Position numbers and translations under genes: made by a program. DNA of 64,000 bases from Pseudomonadota bacterium (GTDB lineage: Bacteria; Bdellovibrionota; Bdellovibrionia; Bdellovibrionales; Bdellovibrionaceae), in contig JBEGVH010000030.1 in NCBI GenBank assembly GCA_041178425.1, positions 233,137 to 297,136 of the forward strand, written 5' to 3'. Within the stretch, counting starts at the first letter, position 1. The number at the start of each line of letters is the position of its first letter. Positions 8,782 through 19,520 of this stretch are shown here, piece by piece. A model generated the notes under the pieces. That model did no database searches. It was not told the origin of the DNA and was given only the letters and a program-made list of their open reading frames with translations.

Positions 8782-10029
8782 CTAAAATATTTTTCCAAAA
8801 AATCCCTTTATTTGGCGAGCTGCTTGGGTCAATGCGACACTCAAGTCCTCATTTTTAGAGCCAATTGTTTTTTGCCTATATTGTTCATAGCCATAAAGTA
8901 CGAGACCCACGGCTGTTGCGTAACCAGGAGAGCGCACAATTTCTGTGAGCCCACCCACTTTTGATGGAATTCCACGACGAACTGGTACGTCGAAAATGAA
9001 TTCGCCCATTTCAACTAAACCTTCTAGCTCACTGCATCCACCGGTTAGCACTACTCCCGCCCCTAAAAAGGGCTGAAGTCCACTTTGCTGAATGTCTCTA
9101 GCAATCATTTGCAAGATTTCATCAGCTCGTGGTTCGATGACTTCCGCAAGATCTCTGCGTCGCAGGGTTCTTGCTTTTCTTCCGCCGACTCCTTCGACTT
9201 CGATATTTTCATCATCTTTTACCAAGCTCACAAGGGCACATCCGTATTTCTTTTTAATCTCTTCAGCCGCTAGCTGAGGAGTACGGAGCCCAATCGCAAT
9301 ATCTTGGGTAAAATGCTGTCCGCCAATCGGAAGCACAGACGTATGAGCGACGTGTCCATTAATAAAGTAGAGCAGATTTGTTGTACCACCACCTATATCA
9401 ACAACACACACACCGAGATTTTTTTCGTCGGGACTCAAGACGGCAAGGGACGCGGCCAAAGGATCAAGAACCATCCCCGCCACACGAAGCCCTGCTTTTT
9501 CTGCACACTTAGTTGCATTTTGAAGAGTCGTTAAGCCTCCGGTCACTAGGTGAATCGAAGCCTCAAGTCGCACGCCGCTCATTCCAATCGGGTCCCAAAT
9601 TCCATCGGTACCATCGATTTTGAAATCACGAGGAAGAACGTGGAGTAAGTTTCTATCTGTTGGCACAGCAACGGCTCGTGCCGCCTCAAGAACCCGATCG
9701 ACATCCTGCTGGTTGACCTCTTTGTTCTTGATGGCCACCATTCCTCGTGAATTAAAGCTTTTAATATGAGTGCCTGAAACACCAACCCAAACATCTTTGA
9801 GGCTGTAACCAGACATTAATTCACACTCTTCTTTGGCTTTTAAGATGGCTGCCGTTGTAGCTTCAATATTAACTACGACACCCTGACGAATTCCTGTGTT
9901 TGGAGCAGTTCCGATACCAGCGATATTTAGCCCACCATCTTTATTTAGATTGGCGGCCAATGCGACAACTCTGGTTGATCCAATATCAAGACCCGCAAAT
10001 AGCGGCGTTTGAAGCTTTGGCTTACTCAT
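8782..10029 (-). CDS. ftsA: Cell division protein FtsA
   Basis: GLDIGSTRV, VDIGGGTT, VLTGG and C-terminal amphipathic IKGFFGKIF; start MSKPK at 10029. Confidence 0.97.
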   Translation of the reverse strand: MSKPKLQTPLFAGLDIGSTRVVALAANLNKDGGLNIAGIGTAPNTGIRQGVVVNIEATTAAILKAKEECELMSGYSLKDVWVGVSGTHIKSFNSRGMVAIKNKEVNQQDVDRVLEAARAVAVPTDRNLLHVLPRDFKIDGTDGIWDPIGMSGVRLEASIHLVTGGLTTLQNATKCAEKAGLRVAGMVLDPLAASLAVLSPDEKNLGVCVVDIGGGTTNLLYFINGHVAHTSVLPIGGQHFTQDIAIGLRTPQLAAEEIKKKYGCALVSLVKDDENIEVEGVGGRKARTLRRRDLAEVIEPRADEILQMIARDIQQSGLQPFLGAGVVLTGGCSELEGLVEMGEFIFDVPVRRGIPSKVGGLTEIVRSPGYATAVGLVLYGYEQYRQKTIGSKNEDLSVALTQAARQIKGFFGKIF

Positions 10030-10150
10030 CCTTAAGTCCTTTGTAGAGTGAAACTGATAACTCTCAACAAATCCGTCGTTGGAGTGTATCAATCCGTTTT
10101 TAAGAACTCGACTTTAGTTTTTAGACTTTTGTCGAACCCTATCTATAAGG

Positions 10151-10882
10151 CTAGGGATGGTTACGCAGCCTGACAAGCACTTTCTTAGAGAAATTTGCAT
10201 CAATGACGCGACTTTCAAGACCTCGGATTTGAAGATATTCGAGAACCTGGGCCACACGAAGCGACTTAACTTCAAAATTATCCGAACCAAATCGAACTTG
10301 TTGAGCAGACTTGACCAAGGTTAGTAGAAACCCATCGATATCATTAAATTGAATCTCAGACACTTGCTGTGCCGACATTGGACCTTTGTCTGGGAGTTGC
10401 TTCAATAGCGAGAGCACTCCCTCCTTCATGATCGGCTTCTGAGTCACCCAATCGCCCTTGAGCCAAGGTAATCGTGGAAGTCGAGACCATTTTGTTGGAC
10501 CAATCCATCGCCCATCTTCTGCAAGAACTTTATATTTGCCATCGGTCTCTTGGTGAATGGCTTTCAACGTGGGAAGTGAGTATTGAACATCAAGGCTGTG
10601 GGGCCATGACTTTTTTACCTGAACATCCTTCAGTAGCGAAAAGGCAGATAGTTTTCTTTGTACATCCGCTAATGACACTTTCCAAAGTGAAGCGCCTTGA
10701 TAAGCTCTCAAAGTTTTCTCAACTTCATTGGTTAAGTCGTTCCACGCCAATCGATCGGGTTCATTCATCGTTACCTGAATATTAACCTGATCGACGGTAA
10801 AGAGAGTTTCATCTTTGATTATTGCAAAGACGGCAATGGCCACAAGAGATAATGCAAGTATTCGTCCAATTATAACCTTCAT
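10151..10882 (-). CDS. ftsQ: Cell division protein FtsQ/DivIB
   Basis: N-terminal TM segment, POTRA-like VQVKKSWPHSLDV, C-terminal VIDANF; position immediately before ftsA. Confidence 0.85.
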   Translation of the reverse strand: MKVIIGRILALSLVAIAVFAIIKDETLFTVDQVNIQVTMNEPDRLAWNDLTNEVEKTLRAYQGASLWKVSLADVQRKLSAFSLLKDVQVKKSWPHSLDVQYSLPTLKAIHQETDGKYKVLAEDGRWIGPTKWSRLPRLPWLKGDWVTQKPIMKEGVLSLLKQLPDKGPMSAQQVSEIQFNDIDGFLLTLVKSAQQVRFGSDNFEVKSLRVAQVLEYLQIRGLESRVIDANFSKKVLVRLRNHP

Positions 10883-10958
10883 ACCTACAGAATACCGGGA
10901 CCTATCGCTCGTGAAAAATCATTTGTGTAACTTTAGTCTGAGTCCTGGACTTAAGATC

Positions 10959-12311
10959 TTATTTTGCTTCGAGCAATTTGAGCAGATCCATTCCAAATTT
11001 CCAACCATCGCCGGCACCAAGAGTTAACAGTATATCGCCCGACTGAACCCTGTTGATGAGGTGCTTGGCCGATTCCTCTGAGCGAGTAAATGGCTGACAG
11101 TGGGCATGATTAATCTCTTCTGCAAGTTTTTGGCTACTGATTCCTGGAATCGGTAATTCACCCGCCGCATAGATATCAAGGAGCAGAACCTCATCGGCCA
11201 AAGTAAAACAGCTCAAGAACTCATTCCAACAGTGCTGAGTTCGAGAAAAACGATGAGGCTGAAACAAAACAATTAATTTATTCTGTGGAAATTTTTCTTT
11301 AAAGGCCTGAAGTACAGCTCGCACCTCTGTAGGATGATGACCGTAATCATCATAAACCTTAACCCCTTGGGATTCGCCCTTAAAGTGAAAACGTCGATCA
11401 ACACCCGTAAAGTGCGATATGCCACGCGCACAGACATCAAAATCAATTCCAGCCACTAGGCCCGCAAGAATTGAAGCTGTTGCATTGAGGGCATTATGAA
11501 TTCCAGGAACGTTAATCGAAAAACGACCGAGATTCTTTCCGTGCTTGATAAGTTCGTAATTGCCCCTTTCGCCTTTAATGACCACATCGTTTGATTCCTG
11601 AAACCCATAAAAAACAACTCGCTTAGGAAAGTTTTTAAAGGTCTCTCGCACCGAAGGGTCATCACCACAGGCGATGAGCTCACCGTAGAAAGGGATTTTT
11701 AAAGAAAAATCGTAAAAAGCTCGTTCGATGTTTTCAAAGGTTTTATAATAGTCGAGGTGATCGGCATCGATATTAGTGACAATGGCCACTTCTGGAGCAA
11801 GCTTCGCAAAACTTCCGTCACTTTCATCGGCCTCCGCCACAATCCATTCGCCCTGCCCTAAGAGAGCCGTCGACTGGATCCGTTCGAAACGCCCCCCAAC
11901 AACGATGGTTGGACTCGCCTCTGCCTCTAAAAAAATAGATGCTACCATACTCGTGGTTGTTGTTTTTCCATGAGTTCCAGCAACAGCCAGGCCACGCTTA
12001 AAGCGCATAATTTCCGCCAAAGCCTCTGCCCTTGGAATTAGGGGAATTAATTTGGCACGAGCTGCGGCGATTTCTGGATTTTGAAAATTAATCGCACTTG
12101 AATAAACAACGACTTCCGCATCACCAATATTGTCGGCGTGATGCCCCTTGAAGATTGGCACCCCTAGATTTTTAAGTCTCTCCGTATTTGCATTCTCGGC
12201 AAGATCGCTGCCTGTCACATGGGCTCCCATATTTTTAAGGAGCTCAGCAAGGCCACACATTCCAATTCCACCAATTCCAACAAAATGAAAGCGACTTGTT
12301 TTTAATCTCAT
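10959..12311 (-). CDS. murC: UDP-N-acetylmuramate--L-alanine ligase
   Basis: HFVGIGGIGM, GTHGKTTT, EADESD, DDYGHHPTE. Confidence 0.97.
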   Translation of the reverse strand: MRLKTSRFHFVGIGGIGMCGLAELLKNMGAHVTGSDLAENANTERLKNLGVPIFKGHHADNIGDAEVVVYSSAINFQNPEIAAARAKLIPLIPRAEALAEIMRFKRGLAVAGTHGKTTTTSMVASIFLEAEASPTIVVGGRFERIQSTALLGQGEWIVAEADESDGSFAKLAPEVAIVTNIDADHLDYYKTFENIERAFYDFSLKIPFYGELIACGDDPSVRETFKNFPKRVVFYGFQESNDVVIKGERGNYELIKHGKNLGRFSINVPGIHNALNATASILAGLVAGIDFDVCARGISHFTGVDRRFHFKGESQGVKVYDDYGHHPTEVRAVLQAFKEKFPQNKLIVLFQPHRFSRTQHCWNEFLSCFTLADEVLLLDIYAAGELPIPGISSQKLAEEINHAHCQPFTRSEESAKHLINRVQSGDILLTLGAGDGWKFGMDLLKLLEAK

Positions 12312-12326
12312 AAATTTCTCAACTTT

Positions 12327-13403
12327 CTAAAATGCATTAACCAATAATTTTGCAATCACTTCAGCAGCCTGTGGCTGATGAAGTGATCGGGCATTTTGCG
12401 ACATCTTAGTTAACACTTCAGGGTTCTTTTGCAAATCTGTTAGTATTTCATTCAAGCGTTGCGCCGTTAGATCTTTTTGCTCTAACAAAATAGCAGCCTG
12501 ATGCTCAACCATAGCAAGGGCGTTTTTTCTTTGATGGTCGTCAGCGGCAGTTGGCAGTGGAACCAACACGGCCGGCTTTCCGGCGGCACAAAGCTCCGCA
12601 ATTGTACTCGCCCCTGACCGACAAATCACAACGTCCGCCCAGCTGTAGTATTGGTCCATTTCGAAAAGGTACTCAAAAGCACTAACCTCAAAGACAGACT
12701 TTTCGTAGCTTTCTTTGATTCTAGAATAGTCTGTCACACCCGTTTGATGAATCAGCTTGCCTTTGTGTAACCAACTCATTTCGGTGGTCACCGTTTTTTC
12801 AAGGGCCTCATTGATGGCCTTCGCGCCCTGACTTCCTCCAAAGCTCAACACATGAAACTCTGAATCAGCGGGCCTCGAAGCTACTGATTCGAGCTCTTTT
12901 CTAATAGGTAGCCCGACGAGAACAATTTCCGTGGATTGAAGATATTTTTTTGCACTTTCGAAAACAATGAAAGATCGTGGCACTATTCGCGATAGCCAGC
13001 GATTTGCAAGACCAGGGTGAGCGTTGGGCTCCCAAATAGACGTCGGAATTTTCATTAAAGCTGCCGCCAAAACAAGTGGCCCCGAAGCGTATCCACCAAC
13101 ACCCAGCACCCCGACGGGCTTCAGTCTGCGCAAAAGGACAAAGGCTTGCACCAGACCCACGAATACCCTAAGCAACCCCATAAGCTTGCCAAAGGCAGAT
13201 CCTTTATAATTGAGTTTGCCGGCCGACAAAATATGTAAGGGAAAACCTTCTCGAGGAACAATCTTAGTCTCTAAGCCCATAAGAGAGCCTACGAATTCAA
13301 CCTCTACGTTCTTATCAAGAGTTTCGATGGCGCGAGCAATAGCGACTCCAGGGTATATATGCCCCCCCGTTCCGCCTCCAGCCACAAGAAATTTTTTCTT
13401 CAT
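12327..13403 (-). CDS. murG: Lipid II N-acetylglucosaminyltransferase
   Basis: GGGTGGHIYPG, GGYAS, GGSQGA, RSGAST, DDHQRKNA. Confidence 0.97.
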   Translation of the reverse strand: MKKKFLVAGGGTGGHIYPGVAIARAIETLDKNVEVEFVGSLMGLETKIVPREGFPLHILSAGKLNYKGSAFGKLMGLLRVFVGLVQAFVLLRRLKPVGVLGVGGYASGPLVLAAALMKIPTSIWEPNAHPGLANRWLSRIVPRSFIVFESAKKYLQSTEIVLVGLPIRKELESVASRPADSEFHVLSFGGSQGAKAINEALEKTVTTEMSWLHKGKLIHQTGVTDYSRIKESYEKSVFEVSAFEYLFEMDQYYSWADVVICRSGASTIAELCAAGKPAVLVPLPTAADDHQRKNALAMVEHQAAILLEQKDLTAQRLNEILTDLQKNPEVLTKMSQNARSLHQPQAAEVIAKLLVNAF

Positions 13404-13484
13404 ATAATCGTTCCTCTTTGTAAGAAGCTCTAACACACACTTGCTAACCAATTAAAGAAGTTTGTCCTTATAAAGAACGGTTAT

Positions 13485-14576
13485 TTATTGAGCCGTGGCT
13501 GCTTGCCGCCCGAGGTTGAGAATCCAACCAAAGGCCAAGCAATAACAAAGCAAGCTACTACCACCATAACTTAGAAAAGGCAGTGTTAGCCCCTTCGTTG
13601 GCAACATCCCTAAAACAACTGCCATATTAAACAAGCTGTTGAGACCAAAAAGAAAGGTGATCCCTAAGACAATGAGGCGGTTTTGAATATCTTGAATCGC
13701 CAAAGCAATTTGAAGGCTTCTTAAAAAAACAAAGCCATAAATTAAAAACAGAATGGCAATACCCAAGAATCCTGTTTCTTCGGCAAAGACCGCTAGTGTA
13801 AAATCGGTGTGAGCCTCTGGTAAAAAGAAGAGTTTTCCTTGGCCAGCGCCAAGACCCTGACCCCAAAAACCACCATTACGAACACTGAGTAAACTTTGAA
13901 TGAGCTGAAACCCAGAATTCGCCGGATCAGCCCAAGGATTCATAAAGGCCACCACCCGAGCTAAACGGTATGGGTATTTAATAATAAGAACACTAAATAA
14001 GGGGATGATGATTCCTGCCATCAGAGCGAAATGCTTCCACGAAAAACCAATCGCAAACAACAAAAGTAACACAACAAAGATTATCAATGCGAAGGAGCCA
14101 AAATCGGGTTGCAAAAGAAGCAACCCAAGGGGCGATAACCAAAGCAGCCACGCCGAGCGACGCCGAGACCAATGCTCATCTTCTTGCCAATGCGCATAGA
14201 TGTAACTGAAAGCCCACGGCACTAAGATTTTTATAAGTTCGCTTGGTTCAAACCGTATAAAGTGAAGATCAATCCACCTTCGCGCACCACCCACCTTAAC
14301 GCCAATGCCCGGAACGAAAGTAAAAAGTAGAGCTAAAACCCCAAGCCCCCAAAGCCCAACCAAGATTTTATTCCAGTAGCGCCAAGGCATCAATGCAGCC
14401 ACTCCAAGAACTAGTAGTCCTATCGACATAGCAATACTTTGCTTTAAAACAAAGTGTAGCCCATCTCTGTACATCTCAGCCGCGAAAATATAGCTCGACG
14501 AATACACTTGAACGATTCCAAGGCCCAATAGGGACACAAGGGCCAATAAGAGGGCCTGATCCAATCCTCGACTCAA
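13485..14576 (-). CDS. ftsW: SEDS peptidoglycan polymerase FtsW
   Basis: GARRWI, EPSE, QPDFGS, LPEAHTDF, LPFLSYGGSSL; located in the dcw cluster. Confidence 0.95.
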   Translation of the reverse strand: MSRGLDQALLLALVSLLGLGIVQVYSSSYIFAAEMYRDGLHFVLKQSIAMSIGLLVLGVAALMPWRYWNKILVGLWGLGVLALLFTFVPGIGVKVGGARRWIDLHFIRFEPSELIKILVPWAFSYIYAHWQEDEHWSRRRSAWLLWLSPLGLLLLQPDFGSFALIIFVVLLLLFAIGFSWKHFALMAGIIIPLFSVLIIKYPYRLARVVAFMNPWADPANSGFQLIQSLLSVRNGGFWGQGLGAGQGKLFFLPEAHTDFTLAVFAEETGFLGIAILFLIYGFVFLRSLQIALAIQDIQNRLIVLGITFLFGLNSLFNMAVVLGMLPTKGLTLPFLSYGGSSLLCYCLAFGWILNLGRQAATAQ

Positions 14577-14587
14577 TGGAATACTCC

Positions 14588-14977
14588 TTATTTTGCGGAG
14601 GAATCTTTAGATTTATCTTCTTTTGCTGGCGCTGGTGCTGATGCTGGGGCCGCGGGCTGAGCCGAAGGAGCCACAGGAGCAGTATCTACGTGAGCTTCCA
14701 CGCCCTCGGAATTGCAGCAATAGAGCACTCCCGGATTTTCACTGACTCTTTTATGGCTTGTAATAGAAAAAGGCTTTGAAGCATCACATTTTTTAGCTAA
14801 CCGAAGATTTAACTCGACATCAACATCGTTGAAATCAGACTCACTAACAAAGTCACAGAAGACTCCCTTCGACTGCACTAATCTCTCTCGCTCCTGACGA
14901 CGAGCTTTATGTGAGCTTGAGCAACCGCTGAGAACTATACCAAAAAGAAGGCCAATGGATGTGATTTTTTTCAACAT
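14588..14977 (-). CDS. Small lipoprotein
   Basis: GGAG RBS; lipobox LSGC; Cys-containing core and PA-rich tail. Confidence 0.8.
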   Translation of the reverse strand: MLKKITSIGLLFGIVLSGCSSSHKARRQERERLVQSKGVFCDFVSESDFNDVDVELNLRLAKKCDASKPFSITSHKRVSENPGVLYCCNSEGVEAHVDTAPVAPSAQPAAPASAPAPAKEDKSKDSSAK

Positions 14978-15220
14978 ATGAGTGTCTCCTGATACGAAGA
15001 TTTTAAAAATCCTCAAAGGTCCGGGCAAAGGAAAAAAGCCCCGGTACTGGCCAATAGATCTTAACTAGCCCTTGGTCGCTTGCTAACCATGACTTAGGTC
15101 TTGGTCTTCCAATGATACCCCTCCACAATCAAAACCTTAAGGAGCCTTTAAATATCCCACTTTTTTCATATTTATCGGCAGACAGTTGCCCAAGAACCCG
15201 AGTTATGGGAAGAAAGGGCC

Positions 15221-16195
15221 ATGAAAAATGCATTGATAGATCAAATTCAGGCCATCAAGAAGAAAAAGAACGCCACAATCCTAGCCCACTACTATGAAGA
15301 GGGCGTGATTCAAGATATTGCTGATCATGTTGGTGACAGTTTCTACTTAGCACAAAAAGGACAGCAATCCGAAGCTCCTATCATCTTGTTGGCGGGCGTG
15401 GTTTTTATGGCCGAATCCGTGAAGATTTTAAATCCGTCAAAAAAAGTCATCGTACCCACTCTCGACGCCGGCTGCTCGTTGGTCACAGAATCTCCCTATG
15501 CCGCTTACCTCCGATGGCGGCTAGAGCATCCCAATGCCATCGCCGTTACTTATATCAACTCGAGCGCAGAGGTAAAAGCCATCTCCGACGTAATAGTAAC
15601 CTCGAGCAATGCGGCTAAAATTCTCGATGCCATCCCTAAAGATCGAGAAATTCTTTTTGGGCCCGATCAAAACTTGGGCCGCTATCTGAGCAAAAAACTC
15701 AACCGCCCCATGATCCTTTGGCCGGGCGCTTGCGAAGTTCATGTTCTTTTCTCAAGTAAAAAACTTTTTGCACTAACTCAAGATCATCCAGATGCTATTG
15801 TTGTTGCTCATCCAGAATGTGATCCGGCGGTTCTCCAGTACGCCCACGTGATTGGCTCGACCTCACGCCTTCTTGAAGAGGTGCAAAAAAACCCGGCAAA
15901 AAAATTCATTGTGGCCACCGAAACCGGCATTCTCCATCAAATGCGTAAATCGCGACCCGAGATCGAATTGATTCAAGCACCTGCCGAGGGAAGCTGTGGG
16001 TGCAACGACTGTCCCTTCATGAAATTAAATACGCTCGAAAATATTTTGCACGCTTTAAAGAATGAGACACCAGAGGTAAGTCTATCGCCAGCGCTTATGG
16101 AGAAAGCCGCCGTTTCACTCAACCGAATGATGGCTATCACCTCCGGCGAGCCAGTTAACTGGCCCGAAAGGTTTGTGGCACCGACTGGGTTATAG
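15221..16195 (+). CDS. nadA: Quinolinate synthase
   Basis: ILAHYY, GDS, GVVFMAES, AGCSL, YINSSA, CEVH, AHPEC, CPFMK. Confidence 0.97.
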   Translation: MKNALIDQIQAIKKKKNATILAHYYEEGVIQDIADHVGDSFYLAQKGQQSEAPIILLAGVVFMAESVKILNPSKKVIVPTLDAGCSLVTESPYAAYLRWRLEHPNAIAVTYINSSAEVKAISDVIVTSSNAAKILDAIPKDREILFGPDQNLGRYLSKKLNRPMILWPGACEVHVLFSSKKLFALTQDHPDAIVVAHPECDPAVLQYAHVIGSTSRLLEEVQKNPAKKFIVATETGILHQMRKSRPEIELIQAPAEGSCGCNDCPFMKLNTLENILHALKNETPEVSLSPALMEKAAVSLNRMMAITSGEPVNWPERFVAPTGL

Positions 16196-16322
16196 AAAAT
16201 AAAAAAATACCTTCGTTTCATTTTCATTCGTACAATTAAGAAGTGAAGGATTTCGCGTCCCATCTTAGTACACTCACAAGGGCGATCCAGAATTCGCCCC
16301 CTAAGGGTGATACCCTAAGACC

Positions 16323-18752
16323 ATGACAAGTGCTGCCCGAAAAAGAGAGCCCATCGAATTCCTTCGTCAAGACCTTCTAAAGGCTTGCGAAGGTACTCTT
16401 TTTGAAGTCCACCATGGCCCCCCCCCGTTTTGGAATAGTGATCTCGATGGCAAACTCGAAATCTATCTTGCACAAAAACCTCGAGTGGCATTTACCACTT
16501 GTCCTATCTGTGGCCATCACCTAGAAGCTCCTAAAAATCCAGAAGAGTTTCATGACCCGTGGTGGATCTATCCACAAAGGGGATTTCACGAGGCATCAAC
16601 GTGTTCGCACTTTGAACTACTGACCTTTTCGATTTTGTGGAACCATTCAGAGCCCTTTGCGCCACCCTGGCTTATTCCGTGCGGATGGGGCACTCCCGCC
16701 ATGGCCGAAGTTCTTAGTCAGAACGAAAATTTACTGATGTCTCTCAAGGTAGAGCATCTACCTAACGGTGCCACCATCTTTTGGACGGGTCTGTATCGAA
16801 GGCAACCCGGCATTCCACTCCCTGCTGATTTCTGGCCACTTCCTGTGTTAAAGGCAAGAACGGCCATCAACCCGAGCCTAAACAGTCGAGGATTTTGGGG
16901 AGAGTTTGTACCAATCTCCACCCATACTCCATTTATTTGGTCGCAATTATTCCTACACCAAGCAGACGGAAAACTCATTAGTTATGAGACGGAACAAGAC
17001 ACAGATATCTGGCTTCCAAAATTAAGAAACTGGAACAAGCTAGCCTATAATCAACCTATGAAAATGTACAAAGACCGCTTTGTAACTGAGAGTGGATTTG
17101 CCTCTTTTGCCATAGGCATGCGATCAACCAGAACCAAGGGGGCTCTTTTTATTTCTCAAACTCCTATTGCTTGTCCGAATCCGGTTCTTCCCATGTTGGC
17201 GGTTGCACCAATGAAAGAATCGAGCTTGCGACCTGTTATTCAGCCTCTCAACCAAGAACAAATTCAGGATCTCTCGCAGACTGAAACCCTATGGGCCGTC
17301 GTAGACCCTTTTCAAAACGAGGCCGTTCAAGACTGGCTACGACTCATTCGAAGAAATAGCGCAAACAAAGTGTTATCGCTCTGGAGTGAAAGTGAAATTG
17401 GAGAAAGCTGGAAACTAACAGCCGACGCCTCACAGTCTGCTACGATTAAACAAGATAACTTAACCGATTATTATCGCGATCTCTCTCCTTTGATTATTCA
17501 CATAACCCCAGATGTTTTTGAGTTGAGTCGTCGCTACCCCTTAGGTTCACAATCTTGGGGTATGTTTTTTCTGAGTGAGGCTCAACCCAATGATATCCAT
17601 TATTTTCTTCGACAGCGTCTTGTGTGCCACTATCAAACACATTGGATCTATTTTCGTTTTTTCGAGGTAAACTTTCTCTCAGCCGCACTTTCGTTATTGA
17701 ATAACGAAGATCTAAAATTTTTCTATGGCCCCATCGAGGGCTGGATCATTCGTCACCCCTCAGAAAACTCATACACCCTCTACTCTCATACTGGCATAGG
17801 AAAAAATGGGGATTGGCAGTTTTCGCACGGCTTTTCGCACTTACCCAGACAAGTTCATGAAACAGCGCAAAGAGTCTTTCAGACCGAACTCCCTCGACGA
17901 ATCAAAGAGTTTATCAAAGATCGAACTCCTGAATTTGCCGACCTCATTCCGATCTCAGTGATCGATCGCTGGGTGAGAGATTCTGTTCGACAAGCAAACT
18001 CTTGGGGAATAAAAAAAGAGACTCACCTCATTAAGTTTTTTCTCTGGAAGGTGCTCATCACTCCCACGTGGTGTCATCTAAGCCCGTTTGTTCGACTTCT
18101 ACAACAGCCGGTAGCAGAGGAAGTGAAAATACAAAACATCGAAAATCTTTTTCCTCAACTTCGGGCCTCCGAAATACCTAGAGGTCTTGCTATTGAATCG
18201 TGGGACGCGGAACTCTGGACAGAACTCCGAAAACACAACTCACCCCTTGCTAATGCGGATCCGGAGGCGTTTCATCCCTTGCTAGGAGAACGCCCGCCCG
18301 CGATGCCACTCAATAATCCAAAGTGGCTCAAGGCGCTTGGGCTTTTTTATGAAAGTGCCTATGCTGATCTTTTTTCTCAATCGGGAGTGAAGCTACTCAA
18401 TTCGGCCATGGTGAGCGAAGTTCAGCGCCCACTCCATGCACCACCGCGACTTATCTCATTGAGTTCAACAGAACTTGTTGTACGTGATGAGGGCACTCGA
18501 ACAAAACCCTGGTTGAAGCAGCACGGGTTTGAAGGTATTTCTTCGACCCAAGGTCATTGGATCCACCGGTCGTCAAATCCTCAAGCCATCCTTATGCTGG
18601 CTAGACAATTTCTTGAAGAATTTCCTTATCTCGAAAACAGATATATTTTTGACTTCTTAAGCGCAGAGGATCGCCAGGCCCTTTCGGCTGATTTAGAAAT
18701 CTATTCAGTTATTTGGGACGCCCATAATTTTTGGAGCCTTCATAAAATATAG
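16323..18752 (+). CDS. Large multidomain protein with central DUF4123-like domain and N-terminal Cys/His domain
   Basis: LWAVVDP...LSPLIIHI...SWGMFF...FLRQRL...YFRFFE...FYGPIEGW resembles DUF4123; N-terminal CPICG..H..PWW..CSHF. Confidence 0.65.
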   Translation: MTSAARKREPIEFLRQDLLKACEGTLFEVHHGPPPFWNSDLDGKLEIYLAQKPRVAFTTCPICGHHLEAPKNPEEFHDPWWIYPQRGFHEASTCSHFELLTFSILWNHSEPFAPPWLIPCGWGTPAMAEVLSQNENLLMSLKVEHLPNGATIFWTGLYRRQPGIPLPADFWPLPVLKARTAINPSLNSRGFWGEFVPISTHTPFIWSQLFLHQADGKLISYETEQDTDIWLPKLRNWNKLAYNQPMKMYKDRFVTESGFASFAIGMRSTRTKGALFISQTPIACPNPVLPMLAVAPMKESSLRPVIQPLNQEQIQDLSQTETLWAVVDPFQNEAVQDWLRLIRRNSANKVLSLWSESEIGESWKLTADASQSATIKQDNLTDYYRDLSPLIIHITPDVFELSRRYPLGSQSWGMFFLSEAQPNDIHYFLRQRLVCHYQTHWIYFRFFEVNFLSAALSLLNNEDLKFFYGPIEGWIIRHPSENSYTLYSHTGIGKNGDWQFSHGFSHLPRQVHETAQRVFQTELPRRIKEFIKDRTPEFADLIPISVIDRWVRDSVRQANSWGIKKETHLIKFFLWKVLITPTWCHLSPFVRLLQQPVAEEVKIQNIENLFPQLRASEIPRGLAIESWDAELWTELRKHNSPLANADPEAFHPLLGERPPAMPLNNPKWLKALGLFYESAYADLFSQSGVKLLNSAMVSEVQRPLHAPPRLISLSSTELVVRDEGTRTKPWLKQHGFEGISSTQGHWIHRSSNPQAILMLARQFLEEFPYLENRYIFDFLSAEDRQALSADLEIYSVIWDAHNFWSLHKI

Positions 18753-18781
18753 TTCTTCAAAAAATACGTCTTTGGCTTACT

Positions 18782-19462
18782 TTATACCCGCGCCTCAAGG
18801 TACTTGCGAACCTCCGAAAGTACCGGCGGTGGAATTTCGTGTCCACCGGCGAATCTCTGAAGTCGCCCCTTCATTCCCCCCTGGGTGAGAATAGTTTCGA
18901 GTTTTTGTGAACCTCTAATAGACAAGACCTGATCACTTTCACCGTGCGAGAGGAAGAACGCTTTTCCTGCTCGGCTTTTTGCTTTTTCTCGCCATTGATC
19001 GGCATGCAAACAAGTTCCCGAAAGAATGACCAATCCCAGTGGTGACTCGGGAGCATTCAAATATAACTCAGTCGCCAACATGGCTCCCTGACTAAATCCA
19101 CCTAAAATTATTTTGTTCCAAGGGACTTTGAGCGCCGCCAACATCTCAGAGGCTTTTTTAAAAGCAACATCAAGTCCTTGCGGTGTTGATTGACTTAAAT
19201 CTCTAGGTACACCCGTTATTTGAGCTTGCTGGAGTTCTACCATGTTGACCGGCCACCATGCACGCCCCGTCCAATTTCCTCCGATAGGGACTTCAAGAAA
19301 ACCCTCAGGAAAAAGCCAGTTACAATCTTTTTGCAATGCGATCTCTTGAGACAAAGGATAGAGATCACCAGCGTCGGCCCCGTAACCATGAAAGAAGACG
19401 ATCCATGGTGCTTCATCGTTTTTAATATCGTCAATACACTTTAAACTACCAAGTTTTCTCAT
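18782..19462 (-). CDS. Phospholipase/carboxylesterase (alpha/beta hydrolase)
   Basis: FHGYG, RAWW, GGFSQGA, HGESD, GGHEI. Confidence 0.9.
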   Translation of the reverse strand: MRKLGSLKCIDDIKNDEAPWIVFFHGYGADAGDLYPLSQEIALQKDCNWLFPEGFLEVPIGGNWTGRAWWPVNMVELQQAQITGVPRDLSQSTPQGLDVAFKKASEMLAALKVPWNKIILGGFSQGAMLATELYLNAPESPLGLVILSGTCLHADQWREKAKSRAGKAFFLSHGESDQVLSIRGSQKLETILTQGGMKGRLQRFAGGHEIPPPVLSEVRKYLEARV

Positions 19463-19520
19463 GGAGGACCCCCCGCTAATAAATTAGTATTTAGAGGAAA
19501 GAGGCTTAATAAGCCAGCGA

